DNA of 64,000 bases. Origin: Tubiluchus corallicola. Its lineage: Eukaryota; Animalia; Priapulida. Below the pieces are notes generated by a model. The model ran no database searches, was not told the DNA's origin, and saw only the letters and a list, made by a program, of their open reading frames with translations. The stretch spans positions 620,001 through 684,000 of the forward strand of contig JAQGDQ010002369.1 in NCBI GenBank assembly GCA_030141605.1. Reading direction: 5' to 3'. Within the stretch, counting starts at the first letter, position 1, and every line of letters starts with the position of its first letter. Both the position numbers and the translations under genes were made by a program. Below, one piece after another: positions 52,512-64,000 of this stretch.

Positions 52512-54142
52512 TATGAAGCCTTGTTGAAGCCTTTGTCCTCTGGAAATCTACGCTCTTTTTCGGTCTTTTCAAAGGTGTCTCTGAGATCGCGAAAGTTCGC
52601 AATCAGAACACCGAAGTCGCTTTTACGCAGGGCAAGAACATCGGTAGGTTCGCTGCAGCGGACCGTTGCTGTTCTTGTTCTTTGGTTCAAAAGGGCTACT
52701 TCTCCGAAGAACTCTCCTTTTCCCAAGTGCGCGATGACCTGTTCCTTTCCTTCTGCTTGGCGGACGATCTCAACAGAGCCTTCGGTGATGATGTACAGAT
52801 AGTCTCCGACATCTCCTTCATGGAAGATCTCTTCTCCCGTTTCAAAATGGAGTTTTGCGATTCCCTGCGAAGGTGCTGTTTGGAGCTGCACTTCTTCAAT
52901 AGGAAAGATCATATCGAGCATCCATGAAAAGGCTACCTTGATCTTTCGGTCCAGGCTGGGAAGTTTTACCCAATAAATTCCCCGCCACATGATCCAGGCC
53001 AGTAGGCCACTCAGCCTGATTTTTCCGAACAGTTCGGCAACAGCGCTATGATGGCCAAGGGCTCCTAACATTCCGATGCTTTTAAAGAAAAAAGGCTTGG
53101 TCTGCTTTCCATTGATCTTGGCAACGATGTTCTGAGCCAATACTTTTGCTTCCCGTATTGCAAACTGTGCGGTTGGTGGACAGACGCTTCCATCCTCAAG
53201 AGTAATTTTCGCACAATCTCCAATCGCCCAGACATGGTCCGAGCCTTCCACCAGCATGGTTGCATCTGCTTTGATTTTTCCTCTTTCCTGAGGAAGTTTC
53301 AACGGTTCAATGATGGGGTTTGGTGAGGAAGGGACAGTCGAGATGATCGTCTTGCTTCCGATTTTTTCCCCCGTATCCAAAACGGCGTCCTGCGGAGTCG
53401 CTACTTTCAGTCTTTGTCCAAAGAGGATTTCTACCCCTCTTTTTTTCAGGATCTTTTCTGCATATCGGCTTAAAGATTCAGGAAGTTCCCGTTCCATCAG
53501 CCTGTCCTTGCTATGAACAAGAATGACTCGAACTTCACTGGGATCGATATCCTTCGATTTTTTGACCATTTTTCGAACCAGGTCATTGACCTCGGCTACC
53601 ACTTCTGTTCCAGAAAATCCTCCTCCTCCAATGACAAAGGTCAGAAGACGTTTTCTCAGGTCGGGATCCTTCACAATAGGTGCCGTTTCCATGACATCGA
53701 TGAGGTGGTTTCGAATCCGGAGACTGTCTGCGAGGTTTTTGAAGGGAAGAGCATGCTCGTGAAGACCTGTAGCTCCACGAAAATCGGTTACATTTCCTAG
53801 TCCAAGGACCAGGTGGTCGTAGCTGAATGCCCGGGACTTGTGAGTGAATTTAGGACTGACGATGACCTGTTTGTTTTCGAGGTCGATCTCTTCGATTTCT
53901 CTCATGACAAGTTTGCATCTGGGAAGAAGGCGTCCTATGGGGCTTACAGTATCGAGAATTCCGACCGATCCACCGACTACTTCGGCCAACATCGGTTGAT
54001 AAACAAAATAGTTTTCCCGGTTGATCAGAACGATTTCCCAGTTAGGAATCTTTCCCATGAGCTTTTCGAGATGCATGGCAGTGTAGATACCGCCAAAGCC
54101 GCCGCCCAGAATGACGATCCTCTTCTTCTTTTCTTCGGTCAT
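52511..54142 (-). CDS. Type II NAD(P)H dehydrogenase-like flavoprotein fused to a C-terminal cyclic-nucleotide-binding domain
   Basis: GGGFGG, YDHLVLGLG, GGGFSGTEVVAE, WAIGDCA, PPTAQFA; then IFHEGDVGD..GEFFGEVALL..RTATVR. Confidence 0.88.
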   Translation of the reverse strand: MTEEKKKRIVILGGGFGGIYTAMHLEKLMGKIPNWEIVLINRENYFVYQPMLAEVVGGSVGILDTVSPIGRLLPRCKLVMREIEEIDLENKQVIVSPKFTHKSRAFSYDHLVLGLGNVTDFRGATGLHEHALPFKNLADSLRIRNHLIDVMETAPIVKDPDLRKRLLTFVIGGGGFSGTEVVAEVNDLVRKMVKKSKDIDPSEVRVILVHSKDRLMERELPESLSRYAEKILKKRGVEILFGQRLKVATPQDAVLDTGEKIGSKTIISTVPSSPNPIIEPLKLPQERGKIKADATMLVEGSDHVWAIGDCAKITLEDGSVCPPTAQFAIREAKVLAQNIVAKINGKQTKPFFFKSIGMLGALGHHSAVAELFGKIRLSGLLAWIMWRGIYWVKLPSLDRKIKVAFSWMLDMIFPIEEVQLQTAPSQGIAKLHFETGEEIFHEGDVGDYLYIITEGSVEIVRQAEGKEQVIAHLGKGEFFGEVALLNQRTRTATVRCSEPTDVLALRKSDFGVLIANFRDLRDTFEKTEKERRFPEDKGFNKAS

Positions 54143-54198
54143 AATTCACAATCCCCGCTTTATCTGGATAATAAGGATCGGCCAATTTTATAAAAGAG

Positions 54199-54939
54199 TT
54201 ATCTCTTGCGGAGAGTGTTAAGGAGATAGAACCAAAGGTAGGAGGGCCATTTTTTGAGATGGAAAGGGGCGTCTTTCGACATCAGAGAGTCTCCCTGGAT
54301 CCGGTAGATGATACCTGACGAATTTTGCCAACTGAGATTGGCTGCAGAACCGATGCGCATAATGTAAGTGTAGTATTCTTTGACGCACTGGTGGGTCGCA
54401 CGATCGAATTTACCCAAGGGATAGACGAACGTCTGGATGGGAGCCTCAAGTTTTTGTTCCAAGATCTCTTTGGAGATGATGACCTCTTTTTCCAGATCGA
54501 CTTCTTTTGAGAGGAGATTTTTATGATCATAGCCATGGGATGCAAAGTGGATGAGGTTGGAGTCTGCCATTTCTTTCAGTTCTTCCCAGGTACAGTAGGG
54601 TACTTTTTCCTGGATCACATTTTTATCCATCGCGTTCTTATAGGAAACCTTCAGTCTTTGATGAGAAGGAAGGTTTGTGGACTGCTGGATGAGTCCGACA
54701 GGAATGGAGAGAACTGTTTTCATTTTCCATTTTTTCAAGAGGGGAAAGAGGTAGTGATAGAAGTCATAGTAGGCATCGTCGAAACTAAGACAAACCTGTA
54801 GACGGGAAGAGGTGAGATTGTCACCAGGTACAACAATGGGGTAGTTTTCTTTCAGATGGTTCAGATGTTCGATGAACATCTCATAGGAATTCGAGTACTT
54901 GACATCGCCTACACGGTGATAGAGGAGGGTTAAGAGCAC
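54199..54939 (-). CDS. Polysaccharide deacetylase (CE4)
   Basis: LLYHRV, LSFDDAY, FASHGYDH, FVYPLG. Confidence 0.88.
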   Translation of the reverse strand: MLLTLLYHRVGDVKYSNSYEMFIEHLNHLKENYPIVVPGDNLTSSRLQVCLSFDDAYYDFYHYLFPLLKKWKMKTVLSIPVGLIQQSTNLPSHQRLKVSYKNAMDKNVIQEKVPYCTWEELKEMADSNLIHFASHGYDHKNLLSKEVDLEKEVIISKEILEQKLEAPIQTFVYPLGKFDRATHQCVKEYYTYIMRIGSAANLSWQNSSGIIYRIQGDSLMSKDAPFHLKKWPSYLWFYLLNTLRKR

Positions 54940-55679
54940 TCTTTATTGGCCTCTTCCAATTTGAGGTATTTATAAAAAGCTGTGTTGGCATTGTAGACGG
55001 AAATGATGAAGCCTTCCTTCCCCGCAAAAATGCCTCCTTTCATGAAATAGCTCTTGAAGAAGCTGAAAGTGGCATGGAGGAGTGCAGTGGAAAAAGAGGA
55101 TTTTTTCTTTCCCTGATATTCTTTGGCAAAAAGAGTGGTGTATCTTTGCATCTTGATCAGAAAATCATCGATAGAGCGATAGGACTTGTGCATGATCGGA
55201 TGCTTGAATTTTTTGACTTTCTTTTTCTTGGCGTCCACACTTTCATGAAGATAGGCAGTGGTGAACTGTGTTTCATTCTTGTTGTAAAGACGAACATGAT
55301 AATCAGGATACCATCCACACCAGCGAATGTGCTTTCCGTTGAAATAATTGTGGAAAGTAAAAGCGTGGACAGCGTTTGCATCCAGTTCATGACTCGCCTT
55401 TAGAATTTCCTCTGCCAGTTTTTCAGAAAGCTCTTCATCGCTGTCGAGAGATAAGATCCAATCATTGCTTGCCAGACGGGCAGCCTTATTCTTCAATTGC
55501 CCGAAGTTATAAAAATCTGCTGCATGGACTTTTACGTTGGGATATTTCTTGGCGATATCCAGAGTTCGGTCTGTGGACCCTGTATCCAGAATAATGATCT
55601 CATCGAAATTCTGGATCGATTTTAAAGTATCTTCCAGAGTGTCTTCATTATTTTTGGTCAAAATAGTGACACTGATCAT
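54930..55679 (-). CDS. GT2 glycosyltransferase (LPS core beta-1,4-glucosyltransferase-like)
   Basis: ILTKN, DTGSTDRT, WILSLDSDE, WYPDYHVRLY, LHES. Confidence 0.9.
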   Translation of the reverse strand: MISVTILTKNNEDTLEDTLKSIQNFDEIIILDTGSTDRTLDIAKKYPNVKVHAADFYNFGQLKNKAARLASNDWILSLDSDEELSEKLAEEILKASHELDANAVHAFTFHNYFNGKHIRWCGWYPDYHVRLYNKNETQFTTAYLHESVDAKKKKVKKFKHPIMHKSYRSIDDFLIKMQRYTTLFAKEYQGKKKSSFSTALLHATFSFFKSYFMKGGIFAGKEGFIISVYNANTAFYKYLKLEEANKECS

Positions 55680-56014
55680 GAGTAGAAGCCCTTCGAAAAA
55701 AATAAGAGTTTTTATCGTAATGTATTTTCTTCTAACTTTTCAAGTATGATCATACAGTGCTTTTATTTTCGATGATATGGGTGCCCTTAGAAACTCCTGT
55801 CGAATTTATATAGCTTTGCGAGTTCCGTTTTTATGTCTTCTAATCCCCAAGCAACTCCAGTGAGGGTTGGTAATAAATACTTCATCAAACCAGACTATTT
55901 AAGTTTTAGAGGCTTAGTTGTTTCTGTTGTTTTAAAAACAAATCTTTACAGAAACTTAATATTTCTGTATAATTTATAGATCGTTAGTTTAATTAAAATG
56001 GGAGAAGAAGAATA

Positions 56015-56572
56015 ATGTTAAATAAAATAACAACAGCATTGTCCAGAAGAATGCCTCAAGCAGTAGAGGCCGTCCAAAAAGTACCTCAAATAGTACAGGC
56101 GGCTAAAGAGAACTGGGAAAAAACAGGGCCCCCGAGTCTTTTTGGTGAGCAGGTTTATAAACATCCCGATCAGACCGTTCATGAAAGGCCATTTAAAACT
56201 CGTGTTTTTCATGCTGGATGTTTGACTAAATTGAATAGTCAAGTTGAGAAGGGAAAGATAGAAAAAAGAAAAGATAAGGACTTTTATGTCGGAGGAGCTG
56301 AAGAGGCTGCTTATCATGGTGCACATCCGCTTCATAAAGATCCTGCTATTCTTTTTGTGGCCTCCGACGTTGGACTTGCAGATTGTCGAAACGGTTTTCC
56401 AACATGTATTTTGCCACATCAATATTCTCAAGAAGATACTTATGTTCTCGGTGCCTGGAGAATCAACAAAGCCTGGATGCAGCACCGGACGGATCCTTCG
56501 CTTCGAACTCCTTTGACACAAAGAATTATTATGTCCACGCAAGCTGCTCTTGAAGAACTAAACAAAGAGTAA
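56015..56572 (+). CDS. Orphan putative effector
   Basis: 185 aa; AT-rich promoter, GGGAGAAGAAGA leader, own terminator. Confidence 0.7.
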   Translation: MLNKITTALSRRMPQAVEAVQKVPQIVQAAKENWEKTGPPSLFGEQVYKHPDQTVHERPFKTRVFHAGCLTKLNSQVEKGKIEKRKDKDFYVGGAEEAAYHGAHPLHKDPAILFVASDVGLADCRNGFPTCILPHQYSQEDTYVLGAWRINKAWMQHRTDPSLRTPLTQRIIMSTQAALEELNKE

Positions 56573-56579
56573 ACTTCAG

Positions 56580-56610
56580 CCTGCTCTGCTATTGAGCAGG
56601 TTTTTCTTTT
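56580..56610 (+). terminator. Intrinsic terminator
   Basis: CCTGCTC-loop-GAGCAGG followed by TTTTTCTTTT. Confidence 0.75.
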
Positions 56611-56702
56611 TATTTCCATTCTGCAAATCTTTTTAAGAAGGTCTGTCTCGAAAATTAAAAGACTTTGATTTATAATCGTCTTTTATCATTTGAGGATGAA
56701 TC

Positions 56703-57713
56703 ATGAGGCAGGCTTTTACTTTCGACGATGTGGCTTTGGTTCCACAGTTCAATAATATACCTTCTAGGACGGAACCGAACCTAGAAACTTGGCTGACAAA
56801 GAACAGAAAAGTTCAAATTCCCCTCCTTGCTTCCAATATGGACACAGTCATTGGAGAAGAACTGGCAGATCTTTTGATCTCCCATGGAACTCTTCCCATT
56901 TTTCATCGTTTTACTGATCAGGATACCCAAGCTGCCTGGGTGAAAAAATATCAGGAGAAGACTTTTATTTCCTGCGGCATCCAAAGGATTGAGGAAACAA
57001 GAAAACTTCTCGATATGGGCGCGGCCGGGGTTTGTATCGATGTGGCACATGGCCATTCTGATAAGATGTTCCATCATATCGAGGCTTTGAAAAAGAGCCA
57101 TCCTGATTGTGAGATCATTGCGGGCAATGCCTGCACAGCTATGGCCTATCACGATCTCGTCAATGCAGGGGCCGATGCAGTAAAAGTGGGTGTTGGGCCC
57201 GGAGCTGCATGCACGACCCGAATTGTCACCGGATTTGGCATGCCCCAGTTCAGTGCAGTCTACGAATGTGCGAAAGTCGCAGAAAAACTCAGGGTACCTC
57301 TCATTGCCGACGGCGGCATCCGCAATTCCCGAGATGTGGTCCTAGCCCTCGCTGCAGGCGCAAGTTCGGTTATGATCGGAAAACTCTTTGCGGTGACCAG
57401 CGAAAGCGCCGCCCCTAAACGAAAATCAAAAGAGGGAAAAGGCCTTGAGGCAAAATACAGAGGCCAGGCCAGCTGTGATTTTCAAACGGAATTTTACGGT
57501 GGTCTCAAGGCAAAGACAGTCGCAGAAGGAATCGATTTCTGGCTGCCTGTTGAAAAAACTTCTGAAGAGCTCATCACCCAACTTCTCGGCGGTGTGCGCA
57601 GCGGGATGACCTACGGTGGAGCGAGGAATATCAAAGAGCTTCAGCGAAAAGCAGAGTTTGTACAGGTGACCTCATCATACATACGAGAAAGCCACCCAAG
57701 ACCAACCCATTAA
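56703..57713 (+). CDS. IMPDH/GMP reductase family protein without CBS domains (probably GMP reductase)
   Basis: [43 protein letters not shown]; the flap lacks the IMPDH Arg-Tyr dyad. Confidence 0.85.
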   Translation: MRQAFTFDDVALVPQFNNIPSRTEPNLETWLTKNRKVQIPLLASNMDTVIGEELADLLISHGTLPIFHRFTDQDTQAAWVKKYQEKTFISCGIQRIEETRKLLDMGAAGVCIDVAHGHSDKMFHHIEALKKSHPDCEIIAGNACTAMAYHDLVNAGADAVKVGVGPGAACTTRIVTGFGMPQFSAVYECAKVAEKLRVPLIADGGIRNSRDVVLALAAGASSVMIGKLFAVTSESAAPKRKSKEGKGLEAKYRGQASCDFQTEFYGGLKAKTVAEGIDFWLPVEKTSEELITQLLGGVRSGMTYGGARNIKELQRKAEFVQVTSSYIRESHPRPTH

Positions 57714-57807
57714 AAGAAGAATTTGTCAGCAGACGGCTTCTTAGAGACTCTCTTATGGCGAAGAATCTCTTTTGCCTTCATAATGAGGAGAAACAGCTTC
57801 TAGCATT

Positions 57808-59121
57808 ATGGTGAAGGAATTTCTATCAGCAGCCGATAAGAAAATCTATGATTCTATTCATGGATTCATCCGGTTCGACCGGGTGGAGCGAAAGCTGATC
57901 GATTCGATGCCATTTCAAAGACTTCATTATGTTCATCAACTTGGTATTGCCTATCTGGTCTATCCTGGCGCTACCCACAGTCGGTTCGAGCATTCTTTGG
58001 GAGTGATGGAATTGGCAACAAGAATTTTTGACAAGATCTGTAAGTCTCCCAGACCCGATGTATTTCAGCATGTGCCGAGAAAGGGATCGGCTGAATTTTT
58101 TTATTGGAGAAAGGTTCTTAGGCTGGCAGCATTGTGCCATGATCTGGGCCATCCTCCCTTTTCCCATGTGGCTGAAAAGGATTTGCTCGGCGAAGTTGGG
58201 CATGAAAAATGGACCCAGGAGGTTATTTTCAGTGATTATTTGGCACCGATCTGGAATGAGGTAAAGGAAGATTCTGATTTTCCCGAGGTTCTGGAAGAAA
58301 GAGACCTGGTTGAAGATATCGCAAAAGCGGCGATCGGCCCCTACAAGTGGAATCAGATCAACCAAGGTGAGTATACTGCCTGGGAAAAGATCATCTCCTC
58401 GGTGATTACAGGAGATTTTTTCGGGGCAGACCGGATCGATTATCTCCTCCGGGATGCCAAATGCACAGGCGTTGCCTATGGTCTTTTTGATTATCAGCAG
58501 CTGATCGAGATGCTCCGGATCTTGCCTGCTGTCGATGGAGATGAAGATGATTTGGAGCTGGGCATCGATGAAAACGGCATCGAATCGTGTGAAGCACTCC
58601 TTTTGGCCCGTCACTTTATGCACCGCAGGATCTATCGGTATTCATCTGTCAAAGCCTATAATTTTCATTTGAAGAGGTTCATGAGAAAAATGTTCAAGCC
58701 TGAGGATTTTGTCCATCTCGAAGACTTTTTGAAGATGAGCGACATCGATGTAGTCTCAGAGCTTTTGAAAGCATCCCGTGACCGAAAGCACTTTGGGCAT
58801 GATGATGCGAGTCGAATAGTCCATAGACAAGAACGGTTCAAGGTCATTCCTCTTCCTCCCCATATCACAGAGGATGAGCTGCTGACTTTTCGTAAACAGA
58901 ACAAGATAGAAGAGAAAGCCCTGGCCTGGGAAATCTATTCCAAACCGAAGAAGGAAGAAGGTTGGTCCTTCCCTGTTGCCCGTAGGCACTTTCTCCTCGA
59001 AAAGGCGAAAGATTGTTCTGAGCTCCTCTACAAAGTCCCTCCTTCAAGCCGCAACTGGATCTTTGTTGCTCCAGAATATGAAATGCTCGTCGTCCATGCT
59101 CTAGAAAAGTGGAAATCATGA
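57808..59121 (+). CDS. HD-domain phosphohydrolase (SAMHD1/dNTP triphosphohydrolase-like)
   Basis: FQRLHYVHQLG, HSRFEHSLG, LCHDLGHPPFSH, ADRIDYLLRD. Confidence 0.9.
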   Translation: MVKEFLSAADKKIYDSIHGFIRFDRVERKLIDSMPFQRLHYVHQLGIAYLVYPGATHSRFEHSLGVMELATRIFDKICKSPRPDVFQHVPRKGSAEFFYWRKVLRLAALCHDLGHPPFSHVAEKDLLGEVGHEKWTQEVIFSDYLAPIWNEVKEDSDFPEVLEERDLVEDIAKAAIGPYKWNQINQGEYTAWEKIISSVITGDFFGADRIDYLLRDAKCTGVAYGLFDYQQLIEMLRILPAVDGDEDDLELGIDENGIESCEALLLARHFMHRRIYRYSSVKAYNFHLKRFMRKMFKPEDFVHLEDFLKMSDIDVVSELLKASRDRKHFGHDDASRIVHRQERFKVIPLPPHITEDELLTFRKQNKIEEKALAWEIYSKPKKEEGWSFPVARRHFLLEKAKDCSELLYKVPPSSRNWIFVAPEYEMLVVHALEKWKS

Positions 59122-60380
59122 AAATGCTCGCTAACATTTCGCGGGAGCTCTCAGGATTCTCCTCCCGTGAAAAGAAATTCCTGTTGGGTGTCATGCTTTG
59201 TGGATTCTGCATTGCCGCGGAATACTCTGTAACAAGGCCCGCCTCTACTTCGATCTTTTTGACCACGTTTTCCGTGAAGCTCTATCCCTATGCTTGGCTC
59301 TTGACGGTCCCACTGAATTTCTTGGTGATTTATCTATACAATCGATTCTTACCGAAGTTGGGATGTCTCAAAACCTTATTTACGATTGCAGCAGCTGCGA
59401 CTTCGGTCAATATTGTATGCGCATTCCTACTTCCTTATTGGCCTGAGCTTTCCTTTTTTCACTTTATGTGGAAAGACATTTACATACTGCTGATGTTCAA
59501 ACAGCTCTGGTCCCTGATCCATATGACGATTTCTTCAAGTCGGGCCAAGTATCTCTATGGTCTGATTTTTGGAATGGGAGGAATAGGGTCTGTTGTTGGG
59601 AGTCTCATTCCAGGATTTATGTCTGTGAAGATGGGCTCGGCAAATCTATTTTTTCTCACCTTGCCAATCTACTTCATTGCTTTTGCAGCCTATTACTTTG
59701 CCTGGAAGAGAAGTGAGATTTCCAATGCCACTTTTCAGAAGGTGGACCCGAGGCCTAAAGAGGCTTTTTCTTTGATCAGGAAGTCCCGCTTTTTGGCTTT
59801 CATATTGTTTCTGGTTGTTCTCATGCAAGTCACGACAGCTCTTACTGATTATCAGTTCAATGTCTATTTGGAACGGTCGATCTCGGACCTCGACCTCAGA
59901 ACGCAATACTATGGCCGTTTAGGGAGCATCATCAGTTCGGTCACCGTGGCTATCCAGTTTTTAGGAGCCTTTTTATTCATCCATTTTTTGGGCTTTCGAA
60001 ATACCCATCTCTTTGTTCCCACTCTTTTTCTGACCAATGCAGCTCTTTTCTCTCTGTTTCCCGGTTTTGGGATGATCTCTTATCAGTATGTTTCCATCAA
60101 AGCAGTGGATTTTTCTCTTTTTGGGATCATCAGAGAGGTTCTCTACTCTCCAATGAAAACTGATGAGAAGTTCAGAGCAAAAGCTGTGATCGATGTTTTT
60201 GCCTACCGGTCTGCAAAAGCTCTTGCTTCTATATTACTTTTGCTTTTTCAATTTATCTTTGCTTCTTTGATCTTGCCTATGATTACCGGGCTGACAATGA
60301 TCCTCTTTTTAGGATGGGTTGTTGTTGTCTGGCGGATGTTCCGCAATGAAGAACTCGTCGCTCTCAATTCCACTATTTGA
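59118..60380 (+). CDS. Npt/TLC-like nucleotide transporter (MFS fold)
   Basis: Multi-TM; AKYLYGLI, REVLYSP..EKFRAKAVIDVFAYRSAKA typical of the TLC/NTT family; ATGA overlap with the HD gene. Confidence 0.8.
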   Translation: MKMLANISRELSGFSSREKKFLLGVMLCGFCIAAEYSVTRPASTSIFLTTFSVKLYPYAWLLTVPLNFLVIYLYNRFLPKLGCLKTLFTIAAAATSVNIVCAFLLPYWPELSFFHFMWKDIYILLMFKQLWSLIHMTISSSRAKYLYGLIFGMGGIGSVVGSLIPGFMSVKMGSANLFFLTLPIYFIAFAAYYFAWKRSEISNATFQKVDPRPKEAFSLIRKSRFLAFILFLVVLMQVTTALTDYQFNVYLERSISDLDLRTQYYGRLGSIISSVTVAIQFLGAFLFIHFLGFRNTHLFVPTLFLTNAALFSLFPGFGMISYQYVSIKAVDFSLFGIIREVLYSPMKTDEKFRAKAVIDVFAYRSAKALASILLLLFQFIFASLILPMITGLTMILFLGWVVVVWRMFRNEELVALNSTI

Positions 60381-60412
60381 CAAGAACCTTTTCGTATGAG
60401 AAATGAAATGTC

Positions 60413-62095
<1,683 letters not shown>

Positions 62096-62567
62096 GATTG
62101 TAGGGCTGTATAAAGCTTATCCAGTGAATCCTGTGGGCCTCTTCAACATGTGTTAGGGTCGTTCCGCCTTCAATTACTCTATAAGTATCATCTCCGGCCT
62201 TTGTCAAAAGGCTTCTAATATTGGATGGAATACTGGCATTGTGACTCAAAGAACTTAAATCCTCAGAAAGGGTATCGCTCTGCGAACCGTATGTTCGCCA
62301 AATTTCTTGGGGAGATTCACCGTTTTTCAAGGCGGTTCTTATTTCATCTAATAGCTGAGATTCTGCTTGAATGTCCTTCAAGATTTGATCTTTGAGGTTA
62401 GTTGGAATGCTTTTGAACTCATTGGCGTGTTGAATGTGACTTTGAACTCTGTGAATCTGGACCATAATACCTCTCTCTTTTGTTCCTATAGTATAATTAT
62501 AGTAGAAGGAAATTAAGATAAGAATAGGCTCAAGTTAAGATAGAATAAAAAAATAACTATTTGAATA

Positions 62568-63072
62568 TTAGCCTTTTAAGGCATCTAGAGCTGTCTCGTA
62601 ATCAGGCTCCTGGGCAATCTCAGGAACAAGCTCGCTATAGATGACCTGGTCCTTTTCATTCAGAACGATGATGGCCCGGGCGAGAAGGCCTGAAAGGGGC
62701 CCGTCAGTGATCAGGATTCCATAGTCCTTGGCAAAGTCATTCGAACGCATCATTGAGAGAGTATGGACATTCTTTACATCTTCATGAGTGCAGAACCTGA
62801 TTTGTGCAAAAGGAAGGTCTGCAGAGACTACGATGATGGCTGCATTCTCATGCTTTTCGGCAAACTCATTGAACTTCTTTGTTGAGGCTGCGCAGACTCC
62901 TGTATCGAGGCTGGGTACAGTGTAGAACAGTTTCCTTTTACCCTTGAAAAAGTCTAAAGTAAATATCATTGAGTTCCTGATCGACGAGAATGAAGTCCTT
63001 TGCCTGGCTTTCAATGCCGGGAATATTGCCGTTTGTATGAATGATATTTCCGTTTAAAGTGATTTGCGCCAT
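62568..63072 (-). CDS. tpx: Thiol peroxidase (frameshift near the 5' end)
   Basis: MAQITLNGN..., VPSLDTGVCA, SADLPFAQIRFC, GLLARA, EPDYE; one extra T near 62962. Confidence 0.92.
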
Positions 63073-63081
63073 GAGTCCTCT

Positions 63082-63837
63082 CTATTGAATCTTTTTTCCG
63101 TATCCCGAATATCCGGTGAGCTTGTTTCGGCAGAAAGTGAAGGTGAAGTCTTCAGGTACTTTTTTTGTTTTTAGCATTTTCCAAAAAGATGCATTTACCT
63201 GTGGGCGGAATCCAAGGGCCTTTTGGACTTTGATTTGATTTAATTTGCACATCTTTTTCAGTTCCCTAGGCTTGATGAAGAGAGGATAGACATGCATGTT
63301 CGGCGGTGTGTTTTGAACGAACCACTCAACCCCTTTGATGATGACAAGGTAGCTGAGTGGATTCCGGTTGAATGTATGAAAGAAGAATAGGCCATTCGGG
63401 CGAAGGACACGGCTTGCTTCGGCAATTAGCCTCACCGGCTGTTCTACATGCTCCAAAACATCCATGGCACAGACAACGTCGAAAGAAGCATCTTCAAAAG
63501 GAAGAGCGTAGGCATCTGCCTTGTGATAGAGCACTGTTTTCGTCTCATCGAGCTCTTCTGCGACCTTTAAGCTTTCTTCTGATGCATCGATTCCAACGAC
63601 ATTATGTCCTTTTTCGGCCAGCGCATTACAGAGAAAGCCCGCTCCGCATCCGATATCGAGGATTTGTACTCTTTTTCCTATTTCGTCATGAATCGAGTCG
63701 ATTACCCATGGAATACGGACCTTGTTCTCAGATCTCAGCAGGGCAACAGGATGATCATTGCGGCTATGCCACTCGTCTTTGAGATCATCATAAAACTCAT
63801 TATTGATCAGTGTTTGATTGCTATTTTCTCTTTCCAT
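63082..63837 (-). CDS. ubiG: UbiG-like O-methyltransferase
   Basis: ILDIGCGAGFL, FDVVCAMDVLEHV, LRPNGLFFFHTFNRN, FIKP. Confidence 0.75.
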   Translation of the reverse strand: MERENSNQTLINNEFYDDLKDEWHSRNDHPVALLRSENKVRIPWVIDSIHDEIGKRVQILDIGCGAGFLCNALAEKGHNVVGIDASEESLKVAEELDETKTVLYHKADAYALPFEDASFDVVCAMDVLEHVEQPVRLIAEASRVLRPNGLFFFHTFNRNPLSYLVIIKGVEWFVQNTPPNMHVYPLFIKPRELKKMCKLNQIKVQKALGFRPQVNASFWKMLKTKKVPEDFTFTFCRNKLTGYSGYGKKIQ

Positions 63838-64000
63838 ATAAAATTCCAGAAGATGATTTGATAAAACAAAAAGGCTGTCATCGCAAAGGTTTGAAGATAT
63901 AGGAAGGTTTTTAGCGCGATTTTATTATCAAAAAGAACAGCTATCCAAGAGGGGAGATCCGCTCCTCCAAGGAAAGCCCAGATCAATCCGACCATAGTCA
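63807..64000 (-). CDS. Membrane protein, 3' part (enters from beyond the window)
   Basis: Hydrophobic open frame running to the window edge. Confidence 0.5.
   Translation of the reverse strand, partial: TMVGLIWAFLGGADLPSWIAVLFDNKIALKTFLYLQTFAMTAFLFYQIIFWNFIWKEKIAIKH

Overview
This window looks like the chromosome of an environmental chlamydia (Chlamydiota, most likely Simkaniaceae-like). That call is inferred from the long-type IspG, PPi-PFK, Npt/TLC-like transporter, MOMP-like porin, long LolC/E and zwf-opcA-pgl. Most of it is housekeeping: rnr, folD, galE, ugd, ispA, lolCD, rpmG, tsaD, pyrG, kdsB, ispG, leuS, waaA and two tRNA-Met genes. Interspersed are AT-rich accessory loci encoding eukaryote-like putative effectors: a complete USP/C19 deubiquitinase, an NF1-like RasGAP with its catalytic residues intact, several ankyrin-type proteins, and a possible ADP-ribosyltransferase-fold orphan. 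Many of these sit in an ~8 kb island directly after the tRNA-Met pair. Many of the accessory genes and their decayed remnants share a purine-rich G(G/A)GAAGAAGA leader just before the ATG. Other notable items are a GMP-reductase-like / HD dNTPase / nucleotide-transporter cluster, an NDH-2 fused to a cyclic-nucleotide-binding domain, a 174-bp palindromic MITE-like element, and a MATE gene with an internal deletion. About eight genes carry small frameshifts, several at homopolymers, which suggests long-read consensus errors; pseudogene calls are therefore provisional. No CRISPR array, integrase or intact transposase was seen.
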